The notes: generated by a model from the letters alone, not told the origin. Positions 1 to 9,961 are shown, counted from the stretch's first letter. The stretch: 64,000 bases of DNA from Gemmatimonadales bacterium (GCA_038321865.1 JBBQFH010000003.1:64001-128000); one strand, 5' to 3'. A program made the numbers and translations.

Positions 1-214
1 AGAGGATACCACCGTGTCGCCAAAGCTCTTCGACCACATCCCGCACGTGAACGGGAAGACCGGCCCGTACGTGCCCGGCATCTTCACCATTACCGGGGAC
101 ACTCTCACCATCTCTCTCATAGGACCGAATCCGGAGCGTCGGCACCCGACGCAATTCCGCTCGGTTCTGGCCGACAAATCGTGGCTGCTCGTATACCGCC
201 GGACCCCGCAGTAG
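1..214 (+). CDS. Partial hypothetical protein, TIGR03067-like C-terminus (5' end outside window)
   Basis: Frame is open from the window edge; GIFTITGDTLTI...RHPTQF...LLVYRR resembles TIGR03067-domain C-termini. Confidence 0.45.
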   Translation, partial: EDTTVSPKLFDHIPHVNGKTGPYVPGIFTITGDTLTISLIGPNPERRHPTQFRSVLADKSWLLVYRRTPQ

Positions 215-325
215 GGTGGCCGAACAAGCGTCCGCCTCCGCTTGAGGTGCAGACACAAGTTGTCAAGCTTGGCTCCTGATCCAGAACACGACCGTACGGC
301 TTTCACCTCCTTCGAATGGACTAAC

Positions 326-640
326 ATGAAATACATGATCAGCTGGACCGAACGCCCGCAGGGCTCGCCCATGGAGTACGAGAACGCCCAGAAGCGGATC
401 CTCGAAGTCTTCGGCCAGTGGAAGGCGCCGGACAACTTCAGGATCGACTTCTTCGTGATCCGCGTCGGGGAGTGGGGCGGCAACATGCTGATGGAATGCG
501 ACGATCTGGTGACGATTCACAAGTTCTGTTCGATGCTCCCTGCGTTCGTCTTCGAGGTCCATCCCGTCATCCCCGTCGACCAGGCCGTCCGTGGCGAACT
601 CGAGGTCATCGCCTGGCGCGACGGCCTGAAAGGCAAGTGA
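326..640 (+). CDS. DUF3303 family protein
   Basis: ATG at 326; MKYMISW...GGNMLMECDD...FEVHPVIPVD pattern typical of DUF3303/GYD-like proteins. Confidence 0.7.
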   Translation: MKYMISWTERPQGSPMEYENAQKRILEVFGQWKAPDNFRIDFFVIRVGEWGGNMLMECDDLVTIHKFCSMLPAFVFEVHPVIPVDQAVRGELEVIAWRDGLKGK

Positions 641-780
641 CACTGGACCGCTCGCCGCGGCCGCGACGCTCCGACAGCACCATCAAGCCAATGGTCGTCG
701 TGATGAGCATGGCGGACGCGCGCGCAGCTGCAGCCGAGGCCGGCGGTATCGTCAACGCTGAGCGTCACATCTGGCCCGGG
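637..780 (+). pseudogene. Probable internal fragment of a VOC/glyoxalase gene
   Basis: Translates to PRRSDSTIKPMVVVMSMADARAAAAEAGGIVNAERHIW, like the second half of VOC proteins, with no intact N- or C-terminus. Confidence 0.35.
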
Positions 781-821
781 TGCGTTGCAGACAGTATTCC
801 CGTACCTCTGCTGGAGGCGAC

Positions 822-1205
822 ATGTCCCACGGCAAGATCTGCTATCTGGAAATACCGGCCACGACGGCGGAGGCATCAGCGGACTTTTACAGCTCGATTT
901 TCGGATGGAAGGTGAGGCGACGGGCGGATGGCGCGCTGGCCTTCGACGACCCAGGCGGGGTGAGTGGGACCTGGGTGAAGGAGAGCGACCGGACACCGGA
1001 CGAACACACGCGGACGTATATCATGGTCGATGGCATTACCGACACACTCGCACGCATTCACGCTGCAGGCGGGCGAACCCTGACGCCCCGTACTGCAATC
1101 GGCCAGGGCATGGGGGCGTTTGCCATTTTCGCCGACCCCGTCGGAAACGAATTCGGGCTCTACGAGGAACCGCAGCGCCGGCCCTCCCAGGCCACCGGGC
1201 GCTGA
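822..1205 (+). CDS. VOC family (glyoxalase/bleomycin resistance) protein
   Basis: GGAGG SD; GKICYLEIPA...SADFYSSIFGW...FADPVGNEFGL. Confidence 0.9.
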   Translation: MSHGKICYLEIPATTAEASADFYSSIFGWKVRRRADGALAFDDPGGVSGTWVKESDRTPDEHTRTYIMVDGITDTLARIHAAGGRTLTPRTAIGQGMGAFAIFADPVGNEFGLYEEPQRRPSQATGR

Positions 1206-1254
1206 TCGCGGGCTTCGGAGTCACCCACCTGCGCGACCGTTCACCAGGACATCC

Positions 1255-1740
1255 ATGCGCCGGCTACGATCACTGATACTCGCAGGCATCGTCACTGCCG
1301 CCCTGGTTGGCATCAGTGCCTGCAAACCCGGGGTTCACCCAATGAATCAGGCGGAGCTGCATGACCTTGCGACCCGCTACGCAGCCGCGTGGAGCAGCCG
1401 GGATCCGGCCGCGTTTGCACGCTTTTACGCGGAGCGCGGGGTATTGAGAGTGAATGGCGGTCCTCCCTCGGTCGGCCGGGAAGCCGTCAAGGCGACCGCG
1501 CAGTCCTACATGACCGCGTTTCCCGACATGGTCGTCCGGCTGGATTCACTGACGCATGAAGCCGACCAGACGATTTTCCATTGGACGTGGACGGGGACGA
1601 ATACCGGGCCGGGCGGGACAGGGAGATCCGTGCGTCTGAGCGGGTACGAACGGTGGAGCCTCGACGCCGACGGCCTCATCGCCGAATCGCAGGGCCACTT
1701 TGACGAGGCAGCGTACCGGCGACAGGTGAATGGCGGCTGA
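1255..1740 (+). CDS. SnoaL/NTF2-like ester cyclase family lipoprotein
   Basis: Lipobox ISAC; YAAAWS..DP...AFPD...FHWTWTGTNTGPGGTG. Confidence 0.75.
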   Translation: MRRLRSLILAGIVTAALVGISACKPGVHPMNQAELHDLATRYAAAWSSRDPAAFARFYAERGVLRVNGGPPSVGREAVKATAQSYMTAFPDMVVRLDSLTHEADQTIFHWTWTGTNTGPGGTGRSVRLSGYERWSLDADGLIAESQGHFDEAAYRRQVNGG

Positions 1741-1770
1741 GGGTCGCGGTGGCGCCCGGCACCCGCCGAG

Positions 1771-1920
1771 TTAAGTGCCCGCCTCGAGCCTGGCGCGCTC
1801 ATACCGCTCCCGGAACTCGGGATCGGCGCGGCGCCACGCTTTCTCGACGGCCCGCCAATGCACCACCGCGCTATCGCGCTGGCCGACCTGCTGGAACGCT
1901 TCGGTCATCAGGAACACGGC
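1771..1920 (-). pseudogene. C-terminal remnant of a TPR-tailed regulator/kinase-like gene
   Basis: EAFQQVGQRDSAVVHWRAVEKAWRRADPEFRERYERAR* looks like the terminal TPR helix of Gemmatimonadota kinase/SARP-type proteins; upstream codons do not look protein-like. Confidence 0.4.
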
Positions 1921-2105
1921 ACCACCACTCGGAGCCGTCGAAGCCGCGCATGAAACCGGGCTGATCGCCCCTTGCGGCTGGCACTGGACGATGACGCCGA
2001 CGCTGGTGAAGCAAGCGGTCGCGCGGGCGGTGGATGAGCATCTGGAGCAGGTCAGGACGGCAGGAAGGAGGTAGGTTTCACCATCCCTCCTTTCCATGGG
2101 GCAAC

Positions 2106-2465
2106 ATGTGGCGTCTCATCCTTCGAATCGCAGCCGTACTCGCGTTCGCCCATGTCGCGCTCACGTTCGTCGCGGCGGTGGTCATCGCGCACGGGCGGCC
2201 GGTCGATGAGCTCGCCTTCGCGCAGCATGGTTTCGGCTTCGGATTTCTGGCCCTGCTGAACCTCGCCGTGTGGGGTCGCGCTGCGCCCGCGGCGCTCCGC
2301 GTTGCCGTGCACGTCTGCAACGTTGCATTCCTCGCATTCCTCATCACATTCATCAGCGTCAAGCCGGAGCCGCCGCTTTACGCCGCCGCCGCTATCGTGC
2401 TGGTGCTCACGATCGCGGCGTTCGCGCTCGACCGACCGACCGCGCGGATGGCGGCTCGGGCATAG
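2106..2465 (+). CDS. Hypothetical membrane protein (about 4 TM)
   Basis: Four hydrophobic stretches; ATG at 2106. Confidence 0.65.
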   Translation: MWRLILRIAAVLAFAHVALTFVAAVVIAHGRPVDELAFAQHGFGFGFLALLNLAVWGRAAPAALRVAVHVCNVAFLAFLITFISVKPEPPLYAAAAIVLVLTIAAFALDRPTARMAARA

Positions 2466-2548
2466 CCACGCCGCACGGCAACCTCCTTCCGTCTGAAGCG
2501 AGCGCTGCGTATTCTGGTTCAGCCCTGACTGGAGCAGCACACAGCGAC

Positions 2549-3259
2549 ATGCGTATCGCCGACATGAACTGGATGCAGGTTGAGGCATACCTCACCCGCG
2601 ACGACCGCGCCGTGCTCCCCCTCGGCAGCACCGAGCAGCACAGTCACCTCCGGCTGACGGTGGATTGCATCCTTCCCGAGCGGGTCGCCGCGGACGCGGC
2701 CGAACCGCTCGGGATCCCGGTCTTTCCCGTCCTCGGCTACGGGGTCACCCCGTACTTCCGCGAATATCCGGGTTCGATATCCCTCCGCGTCGAGACGCAC
2801 CTCGCCGTGGTGCGCGACATCCTCGACGGGATGGCGCACAGCGGCTTCCGGCGCATCATGATCTGCAACGGCCACGGCGGGAACGGCGCCGTCCAGCAGT
2901 TCGCCGGGGAGTGGGCGGCGGACCATCCCGGCTGCAAGGTGCTCTTCCATAACTGGTGGAACGCCCCGAAGACCTGGGCCAGGGTCCAGGCCATCGACCC
3001 GGTGGCCTCGCACGGCTCCTGGATGGAAAACTTTCCCTGGACGCGGCTCCCGGGCGTCGAGCTCCCCCAGACGCAGCGGGCGATGGTCGACATGGAGAAG
3101 GTGCGCATGCTCGATCCCGTCGCCATGCGCGCGTACATTCCCGACGGCAACTACGGTGGCCTCTACCAGCGGCCGGACGCCGACATGCTGTCCCTGTGGC
3201 AGGTCGCCGTCGAGGAAACCCGTGCGCTGCTGGACGGGTCGTGGGGTGGCCCATCGTAG
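2549..3259 (+). CDS. Creatininase family cyclic amidohydrolase
   Basis: LPLGSTEQH, D, NGHGGN and H..W.E metal-binding motifs; GGAG SD. Confidence 0.9.
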   Translation: MRIADMNWMQVEAYLTRDDRAVLPLGSTEQHSHLRLTVDCILPERVAADAAEPLGIPVFPVLGYGVTPYFREYPGSISLRVETHLAVVRDILDGMAHSGFRRIMICNGHGGNGAVQQFAGEWAADHPGCKVLFHNWWNAPKTWARVQAIDPVASHGSWMENFPWTRLPGVELPQTQRAMVDMEKVRMLDPVAMRAYIPDGNYGGLYQRPDADMLSLWQVAVEETRALLDGSWGGPS

Positions 3260-4287
3260 CGGCGCCGAAGGGACGCTGCCTCGTCTGGGGGGCGGGGGCG
3301 ATCGGCGGCACCATGGGGGCGTTCCTGTCGCGCGCCGGCCACGACGTGACCCTGGTCGACACGGTGGCCGAGCACGTCGCCGCCATCAATCGCTCCGGGC
3401 TCCGCATCACCGGTCCGATCGCCGAGTTCTCGACGCCGCTGCCCGCCTTCGCCCCCGACACGCTGCGCGGGACGTGGGATACGATCATCCTCGCCACCAA
3501 AGCGCATCACACCGCCGCCGCCGCACGGACGCTGCTCCCCCACCTTGGCCCCGCCGGCTGCGTGATCTCGGCGCAGAACGGCCTCAACGAGCTGGCCATC
3601 GCGGAGGCCGTCGGCGAGGAGCGGACGGTCGGCGCGTTCGTGAACTTCGGCGCCGATTACCTGGAGCCGGGGGTAGTGCTCTACGGCGGCCGGGGCACGG
3701 TGGCGGTCGGCGAGGCGTTCGGACCGGAGGACTCGCGCCTCTCCCCGCGGGCCATCCGGATTCGCGACACATGGCGGGACTTCGACGAGCGCGCCATCGC
3801 GACCGCCAACATTCTTGGCTACCTCTGGGCCAAGGAAGCGTACGGTGCGATGCTCTTCGCGACGGCGCTTACCAACGAGTCGATCGCCGATGCGCTGGCA
3901 GCGCCGGAGTATCGCGCGCTTTACATCGCGCTGGCCCGCGAAATTCTCGCCGTGGCGCTGGCGGAGGGGGTGCGACCGGAAGCGTTCGACGGTTTCGATC
4001 CCGCGGCATACCTGCCCGATGCCGCGGCCGGTGCCGCGTCACGATCGCTGGATGACCTCGTCGCCCACAATCGCAAGTCGGCCAAGACGCACAGCGGGAT
4101 CTGGCGTGACCTGGCGGTCCGCAAGCGGCCCACCGAGGTAGACGCCCAGCTGGGCATCATCGTGACGCTCGGTACCGGCGCCGGTGTGCCGACGCCGCTG
4201 ACGGCGCGGCTGGTGACCCTGATCCAGGAGATCGAGCGGGGCGTCCGCCCCCTCGCACGCGAGAATCTGGAGGCGCTCGCTTCTTGA
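3241..4287 (+). CDS. Ketopantoate reductase (PanE/ApbA) family oxidoreductase
   Basis: GAGAIGG, ILATKA, SAQNG, W.K and R.TEVD motifs; start uncertain. Confidence 0.85.
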   Translation: MGWPIVAAPKGRCLVWGAGAIGGTMGAFLSRAGHDVTLVDTVAEHVAAINRSGLRITGPIAEFSTPLPAFAPDTLRGTWDTIILATKAHHTAAAARTLLPHLGPAGCVISAQNGLNELAIAEAVGEERTVGAFVNFGADYLEPGVVLYGGRGTVAVGEAFGPEDSRLSPRAIRIRDTWRDFDERAIATANILGYLWAKEAYGAMLFATALTNESIADALAAPEYRALYIALAREILAVALAEGVRPEAFDGFDPAAYLPDAAAGAASRSLDDLVAHNRKSAKTHSGIWRDLAVRKRPTEVDAQLGIIVTLGTGAGVPTPLTARLVTLIQEIERGVRPLARENLEALAS

Positions 4288-5036
4288 CGCTCGACTTCAC
4301 CGGCCGGACCGCGATCGTCACCGGGGCCGCTCACGGATTCGGTCGCGCGATTTCCCTCGCGTTCGCCGAGCGTGGCGCGGCGGTGTGGGCCTGCGATGTG
4401 ATCGAGGACGAGCTGGCCGAGACCGGTCGCCTCTGCCAGTGTACGGTGCGGACGGTGGACGTCCGCGACCGGGACGCCGTGGATCGCTTCGTGGCCGAGG
4501 CGTCGGCGGCGGCCGGGTTCGTGCACGTGCTCGTGAACAATGCCGGCGGCGTGCTGGGTCAGGTGGGCCGGCCCCTCGAGGAGGTCGCGCCGGCGGAGTG
4601 GCAGGCCATCTTCGACGTGAACGTGACCGGGGCGTTCCTCTGCTCGCAGGCCGTCGCTCCGGGGATGAAGGCGGCGAAATCCGGGCGCATCATCAACATC
4701 TCGAGCGGCGCCGGCCTGGGGATCAGCCTGACCGGCATCCAGGCCTACGCCGCTGCCAAGGCGGCGCAGATCGGGCTCACCCGGCAGCTGGCCCACGAGC
4801 TCGGTCCCTGGGGCATTACGGTCAACAATGTGGCGCCCGGGTTCGTGCGCTCGAATCCGACCACCGAGCGGCAGTGGCAGGCATACGGCGCCGAGAAGCA
4901 GCGGGCGCTGGTCGAAGGGATCGCGCTCAGGCGGCTGGGGGCGGTCGACGATATCGCCGCCGGCGTGCTGTTCTTCGCGTCGGAATCGGCGGGGTGGGTG
5001 ACGGGGCAGGTGCTTGCCATCGACGGTGGCAAGTGA
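4284..5036 (+). CDS. SDR family oxidoreductase
   Basis: TGAAHGFG, NNAG and YAAAK motifs; TTGA overlap with upstream gene. Confidence 0.92.
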   Translation: MTLDFTGRTAIVTGAAHGFGRAISLAFAERGAAVWACDVIEDELAETGRLCQCTVRTVDVRDRDAVDRFVAEASAAAGFVHVLVNNAGGVLGQVGRPLEEVAPAEWQAIFDVNVTGAFLCSQAVAPGMKAAKSGRIINISSGAGLGISLTGIQAYAAAKAAQIGLTRQLAHELGPWGITVNNVAPGFVRSNPTTERQWQAYGAEKQRALVEGIALRRLGAVDDIAAGVLFFASESAGWVTGQVLAIDGGK

Positions 5037-6421
5037 CGGACCTGGCTGCCGTGCTCGCGCACCTCGAGGGACGGCACGACCGGATCCTCGGGGAACTGAT
5101 CGAGTTCGCCGGGATCCCGAGCGTCAGCACCGATCCCGCCCACGCGGCCGACGTCGGCGCCGCGGCGGCATGGGTCGCGGCAAAACTCGAGTCCGCGGGG
5201 CCGTTCACGGTGCGGACGATCGCCACGCCCGGTGCGAGCGTCGTATATGCCGAATGGCTCGGCGCGCCGGGCGCACCGACGGTGCTCATCTACGGCCACT
5301 ACGACGTGCAACCGGCGGACCCGCTCGAGCTGTGGGACAGCCCGCCGTTCGAACCCACGCTGCGCGATGGCCGGCTGTACGCGCGCGGCGCGTCGGACGA
5401 CAAGGGACCGATGCTGATTCCCATCAAGGTCGCCGAGGCATTCTTCGCCGCACAGGGCGGCCTGCCGATCAACGTGAAGTTCATGATCGAGGGCGAGGAG
5501 GAAACCGGGAGCCCCAACCTCGAGCCGTTCGTCGCGGAGCACCGCGAGCTCCTCGCCGCCGACGTGGTGATCTCGGCCGACGGCGGGATGTGGCGCATCG
5601 ACGAGCCGTCGCTCACCGTCGCGAACCGGGGGCTGGCGGGGCTGGAGCTCACGCTCCGCGGGCCGGCCAAGGACCTGCACTCGGGGCGGCATGGCGGCAG
5701 CGTCCCCAACCCGCTCCATGCGATGGCGAGCCTCATCGCGTCGCTGCACCAACCGGACGGCCGGGTGGCGGTCGCCGGCTTCTACGACCGGGTGCGCGAG
5801 CTGAGCCCGGCCGAGCGCGCCGAGCTCGCGGCGCTGCCGTTCGACGAGGCGGCGTATCTCCGGCAGGTGGGCGCGACCGCGCCCGTCGGCGAGGCGGGCT
5901 ACACCACGCTCGAGCGCCAGTGGACCCGGCCCACGCTGGAAGTGAATGGGATGTGGGGCGGGTACCAGGGCCCGGGACAGAAGACGGTGGTTCCGTCGGT
6001 GGCGCACGCCAAGATCACCTGCCGCCTGGTGCCGGACCAGGAGCCGGACGAGATCGTGGCGCTGGTGGCGCGCCACCTCGAGAGTCACGTGCCGGAGGGC
6101 ACCCGGCTCACCATCGCCCCCGGCGATCATGGGGCGCGGGCGTTTCATATCGGACGGGATAACCGCACGCTCAAGGCGGCGGAGGCGGCGCTCGAGGCGA
6201 CCTACGGCGTCGCTCCGCTCATCGTCCGCATGGGCGGCACCGTGCCCGTCGCGGAGATCTTTCAACGTCTCATGGGGCTCGACACCGTGTACTTCTCGTT
6301 CTCGACCGGCGATGAGGACTTCCACGCACCGAACGAGTTCTTCCGGGTGCACCGCCTCCACGAGGGCCTCGCCGCGTGGGCCCGGCTGTGGGACGGGCTC
6401 GGCGCGGGCGCTGCGCGATGA
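5033..6421 (+). CDS. M20 family dipeptidase
   Basis: YGHYDVQP, RGASDDKG, EGEEE.GS, DLHSG and HAPNE motifs; GTGA overlap. Confidence 0.92.
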   Translation: MTDLAAVLAHLEGRHDRILGELIEFAGIPSVSTDPAHAADVGAAAAWVAAKLESAGPFTVRTIATPGASVVYAEWLGAPGAPTVLIYGHYDVQPADPLELWDSPPFEPTLRDGRLYARGASDDKGPMLIPIKVAEAFFAAQGGLPINVKFMIEGEEETGSPNLEPFVAEHRELLAADVVISADGGMWRIDEPSLTVANRGLAGLELTLRGPAKDLHSGRHGGSVPNPLHAMASLIASLHQPDGRVAVAGFYDRVRELSPAERAELAALPFDEAAYLRQVGATAPVGEAGYTTLERQWTRPTLEVNGMWGGYQGPGQKTVVPSVAHAKITCRLVPDQEPDEIVALVARHLESHVPEGTRLTIAPGDHGARAFHIGRDNRTLKAAEAALEATYGVAPLIVRMGGTVPVAEIFQRLMGLDTVYFSFSTGDEDFHAPNEFFRVHRLHEGLAAWARLWDGLGAGAAR

Positions 6422-7845
6422 CGCTCGCCCAGGAGGAAGCCCGCATCGAGGCGCACAGCGCCGTGCTCAAGAAGGAGCTCGGCGTCCGCGACCTCGCCCT
6501 CACGCAGATCCTGTTCATCATCGGCCTTACCTGGATCGGCGTAGCCGGCAAGCTCGGGCCGTCGCACGTGGTGCTGTGGCTCCTCGCCATCGTGCTGTTC
6601 TATCTGCCGATGGCCGCGGTGGTGATCTATCTCAGCCAGCGGATGCCGCTCGAGGGCGGGCTCTACCAGTGGGCCAAGCTGGGGTTCAACCCGGTCGTCG
6701 GCTTCCTGCTGGCGTGGAACCTGTGGCTGTACGTGATCGTCTACACATCGGAGATCGGCATCCAGTGCGCCACGTACCTGGCGTACGCGCTCGGGCCCAG
6801 CGCCGCGTGGATGACGTCGAGCACCTGGTTCGTCGCGCTCTCCTCGGCGGTGATCCTGACGCTGATGGCCGTGGCCGCGACCGTCGGGCTGGCGGTCGGC
6901 AAGTGGGTGCACGGCATCGGCGGTGTGTTCATGCTCATCATCTTCGCCGTGCTGATGGCGCTGCCGTTCATCGGACTGGCGACCGGTCATCTTCGGGAAT
7001 TCCATCCGTTCCGCACCACCATCCCCGCGTTCTCCCTCTTCAACCTCAACATTCTGGGAAAGATGGGGTTCGGGGCGCTGGGCGGCTTCGAGTACATCGC
7101 CATTCTCGCCGGCGAGACCCGCGCCCCCGCCAGCGCGGTGCGGCGCTCGGTGTACATCGCGGCGCCGGCGATCGCCGTCATGTTCATCATGGGCACCGCC
7201 ACGGTGGTGGCCTACGTCCCGGCCGCCGACATCGACCTGGTCGGACCGATGCCGCAGGTGCTGCGGGTCGGCTTCGGGCCATTTGGCATCGCGGGCCCGC
7301 TGGTGACCATCGCGATCCTCATGACGCTGGCGATGCGGGTGGCCCAGGTGAGCGTGAGCTTCACGGCGGTCACGCGGTTGCCGATGGTGGCCGGCTGGGA
7401 CCGTCTGCTGCCGGCCGCGTTCAGCAAGCTGCATCCGCGCTTTCGGACGCCGGTGAACTCGATCCTGCTGGTGGCGGTGTGCTCCTTTATCATTTCGCTG
7501 GTGAGCCTGATCGGCGTCGGCCAGGCGGAGGCATTCCAGCTGCTGTTCAACGCCGGGGGCACCTTCTACGCGCTGGCGTACGTGGTGATGTTCGCGATAC
7601 CCTTGTTCGGGCTCCGGGGCGTGACGCCGCGGCCGTCGCCGTGGCTGCGTATCGCGTCGCTGTCCGGGCTGTTGATGACGCTGCTCTACATCGTGTTGTC
7701 GGTGTTCCCGATCATCAAGGTGGAGAATGTGACGGGATTCGCCCTGAAGATCGTGTCGATGATTGTGGTGATGAACCTGGTGGGTGTCGGAATTCTCCTC
7801 GCCGCGCGGCGGCGATCCCAATTGCCGGTAGAAATGGGGGCATGA
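6418..7845 (+). CDS. APC family amino acid permease
   Basis: About 12 TM segments; P.EGGLY.W, GFE...LAGE and KLHPRF.TP motifs; ATGA overlap. Confidence 0.9.
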   Translation: MTLAQEEARIEAHSAVLKKELGVRDLALTQILFIIGLTWIGVAGKLGPSHVVLWLLAIVLFYLPMAAVVIYLSQRMPLEGGLYQWAKLGFNPVVGFLLAWNLWLYVIVYTSEIGIQCATYLAYALGPSAAWMTSSTWFVALSSAVILTLMAVAATVGLAVGKWVHGIGGVFMLIIFAVLMALPFIGLATGHLREFHPFRTTIPAFSLFNLNILGKMGFGALGGFEYIAILAGETRAPASAVRRSVYIAAPAIAVMFIMGTATVVAYVPAADIDLVGPMPQVLRVGFGPFGIAGPLVTIAILMTLAMRVAQVSVSFTAVTRLPMVAGWDRLLPAAFSKLHPRFRTPVNSILLVAVCSFIISLVSLIGVGQAEAFQLLFNAGGTFYALAYVVMFAIPLFGLRGVTPRPSPWLRIASLSGLLMTLLYIVLSVFPIIKVENVTGFALKIVSMIVVMNLVGVGILLAARRRSQLPVEMGA

Positions 7846-7846
7846 G

Positions 7847-9946
7847 ATGATGCATATGGGGTCCCGCACGCGCGGGCTGATCGTTTTCCTGGTGCTGGCG
7901 CTGGCGACGGGCGCTGGCGCGGCCCATCGCCCGGCCGCCACCCTTGCCGGCGAATGGGACGTCTACATCGCCCTCAGCGCGCGGCCGCATTCGGGCTTCG
8001 AGGGGTGGCGCCGGATGGGTTTCGCGCACTTCGCGGGAACTGATTCGGCCAATGTTGGCTGGCTGCGCCGCCGTACCGGCCAGCCGATGCTGACGGTCAC
8101 CAGCGTCGCCGCCACCGGCGACTCGGTGCGGCTGACGCAGGACGCCCGCGTGATCATGCGCGCGGCCTGGCACGGCGACACGCTGGTCGGCGTGCAGTTC
8201 GTCAACGGCAAGGCGGCGGATCGGCGGTACCGCCTCGTCCGCCGGGCCACACCGGGCGTGGTCGAGCACGATTACCAGGTGTGGACGATGGCGGCCTCCG
8301 ACTCGCAGTACGCCGTGACGATCGACTCCACGATCCTGATGCCGACGCGCGACGGGGCGAAGCTGGAGACGTACCTCGTCCGGCCGGTGGGGCCCGGACC
8401 GTTCGGGGTCGTCATGCAGCGCTCGCCCTATCGCGCCACCAACCCCGGCGGCGGAAGCTGGTGGGCCTCGCGCGGCTACATCTACATCGGGCAGTTGACG
8501 CGTGGTCGCGGGAAGTCGAGCGGTGACGTGGCGGACTTCGGGGACTACAGCACCGATATCCAGGATGGATACGACGCGGTCGAGTGGGCGGCCCGGCTCC
8601 CCGGGGCCAACGGCAAGGTCGGATTGATCGGGCATTCGGACGAGGGTCGCCTGGCCTGGTATGCGGCGGTCAGCGCGCCGCCCCATCTGGCCGCCATCGC
8701 CCCGTCAGCCGCGACCTCCGATCCGTGGCGGATCGTGCCGTACGCGGCCATGGCGTTCGGGCCGATCAACGTGGACTGGGCTTGCCTCATGCGCGGGCGG
8801 GACCTGGATCCGGCCACGGCGGAGCTGGACATCGGCGAGGCGATCACGCATCTGCCTATCGCCACTCTCCCTCAGCGGCTCGGCTGCGGCGACGTACCGC
8901 TCTGGGATCGCTGGATCGCGCATCCCACGCTGGACGCCTACTGGCGGGCGCGCGCCGTCACGACATACATCGACAAGGTCAACGTGCCGGCGATGTCGCT
9001 CGCGGGGTGGCACGATGATTCGCGCGGCCCGCTCGACTATACCGATGCGCTGCTCAAGGTGAAGAACCATCCCGCCTGGCATCTGGTGATGGGCACGCAT
9101 GCGCACAAGGGCGTGGACTACGTGGCCGGCGACTTCGGCCCGCAGGCGCGCTACTCCTATCGCGACCTGCAGCTCCGCTGGTTCGACCACTACCTGCTCG
9201 GCCGCGCCAACGGCGTGGACCGGCTGCCGCCGGTGGACATCTTCGTCCAGGGCGACAACACCTGGCGCAAGGAGAACGAGTGGCCGCTGAAGCGGGCGCG
9301 GGCCACCAAATGGTACGTGTCGTCGGGTGGAGCGGCGCAGACCAGCGCGGGCAACGGTGTGCTCGATACGCTGCCGCCACGGGGTGCTGTCGCCGACACC
9401 TACACCTACGATCCCGCCGATCCGACGCCCTATCTCATCGATTCGCGCGAGCTCGAGGAATCGCTCAACGAGGACTACACGGCGCTGAACGCGAGCCGGC
9501 GTGACGCGCTGGTGTTCACCTCGCGGCCGCTCACCCGTCCGCTCGAGGTCACCGGCGAGATGTCGGCGACGCTCTGGGCCTCGAGCGACGCCCGCGATAC
9601 CGACTGGGCCATCATGCTGCTCGACGTCTTTCCGGATGGCCACGCCGAGCGGGTGCAGGACGGCTTCGCCAGGGCGCGGTTTCGACAGGGGATGGACCGC
9701 GAGGTGCCGCTGGTGCCGGGGCGGGTCGAGCGTTACGACATCGACCTGTGGTTCACGTCGAAGGTCTTCCAGCCCGGCCATCGGCTCCGGGTCAGCATCT
9801 CGTCGGCGCTGTTTCCCAAGTATGACCGGAACCTGAACACCGGCGGGAACAACGAGCGGGACTCGACGTTCGTGGTCGCGCACCAGCGGCTACTCCACGA
9901 CGCGGCGCACCCGACGCACGTGGTGCTGCCGGTCGTACCGCGGTAG
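7847..9946 (+). CDS. Secreted CocE/NonD family hydrolase with extra N-terminal domain
   Basis: Signal peptide; MPTRDG..L, RSPY, RGRGKS.G, DGYDAVEW, GHS, GWHD, GHRLRV.ISS..FP..DRN.NTG. Confidence 0.88.
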   Translation: MMHMGSRTRGLIVFLVLALATGAGAAHRPAATLAGEWDVYIALSARPHSGFEGWRRMGFAHFAGTDSANVGWLRRRTGQPMLTVTSVAATGDSVRLTQDARVIMRAAWHGDTLVGVQFVNGKAADRRYRLVRRATPGVVEHDYQVWTMAASDSQYAVTIDSTILMPTRDGAKLETYLVRPVGPGPFGVVMQRSPYRATNPGGGSWWASRGYIYIGQLTRGRGKSSGDVADFGDYSTDIQDGYDAVEWAARLPGANGKVGLIGHSDEGRLAWYAAVSAPPHLAAIAPSAATSDPWRIVPYAAMAFGPINVDWACLMRGRDLDPATAELDIGEAITHLPIATLPQRLGCGDVPLWDRWIAHPTLDAYWRARAVTTYIDKVNVPAMSLAGWHDDSRGPLDYTDALLKVKNHPAWHLVMGTHAHKGVDYVAGDFGPQARYSYRDLQLRWFDHYLLGRANGVDRLPPVDIFVQGDNTWRKENEWPLKRARATKWYVSSGGAAQTSAGNGVLDTLPPRGAVADTYTYDPADPTPYLIDSRELEESLNEDYTALNASRRDALVFTSRPLTRPLEVTGEMSATLWASSDARDTDWAIMLLDVFPDGHAERVQDGFARARFRQGMDREVPLVPGRVERYDIDLWFTSKVFQPGHRLRVSISSALFPKYDRNLNTGGNNERDSTFVVAHQRLLHDAAHPTHVVLPVVPR

Positions 9947-9961
9947 GGAGGAGCCCGATTA

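Noticed and set aside
4745..7941. Long antisense and alternate-frame ORFs (e.g. 4745-6361, 6262-7941; also 36050-37888)
   Set aside because: Shadow ORFs expected in high-GC DNA opposite well-supported genes; Arg/Pro-rich and motif-free.
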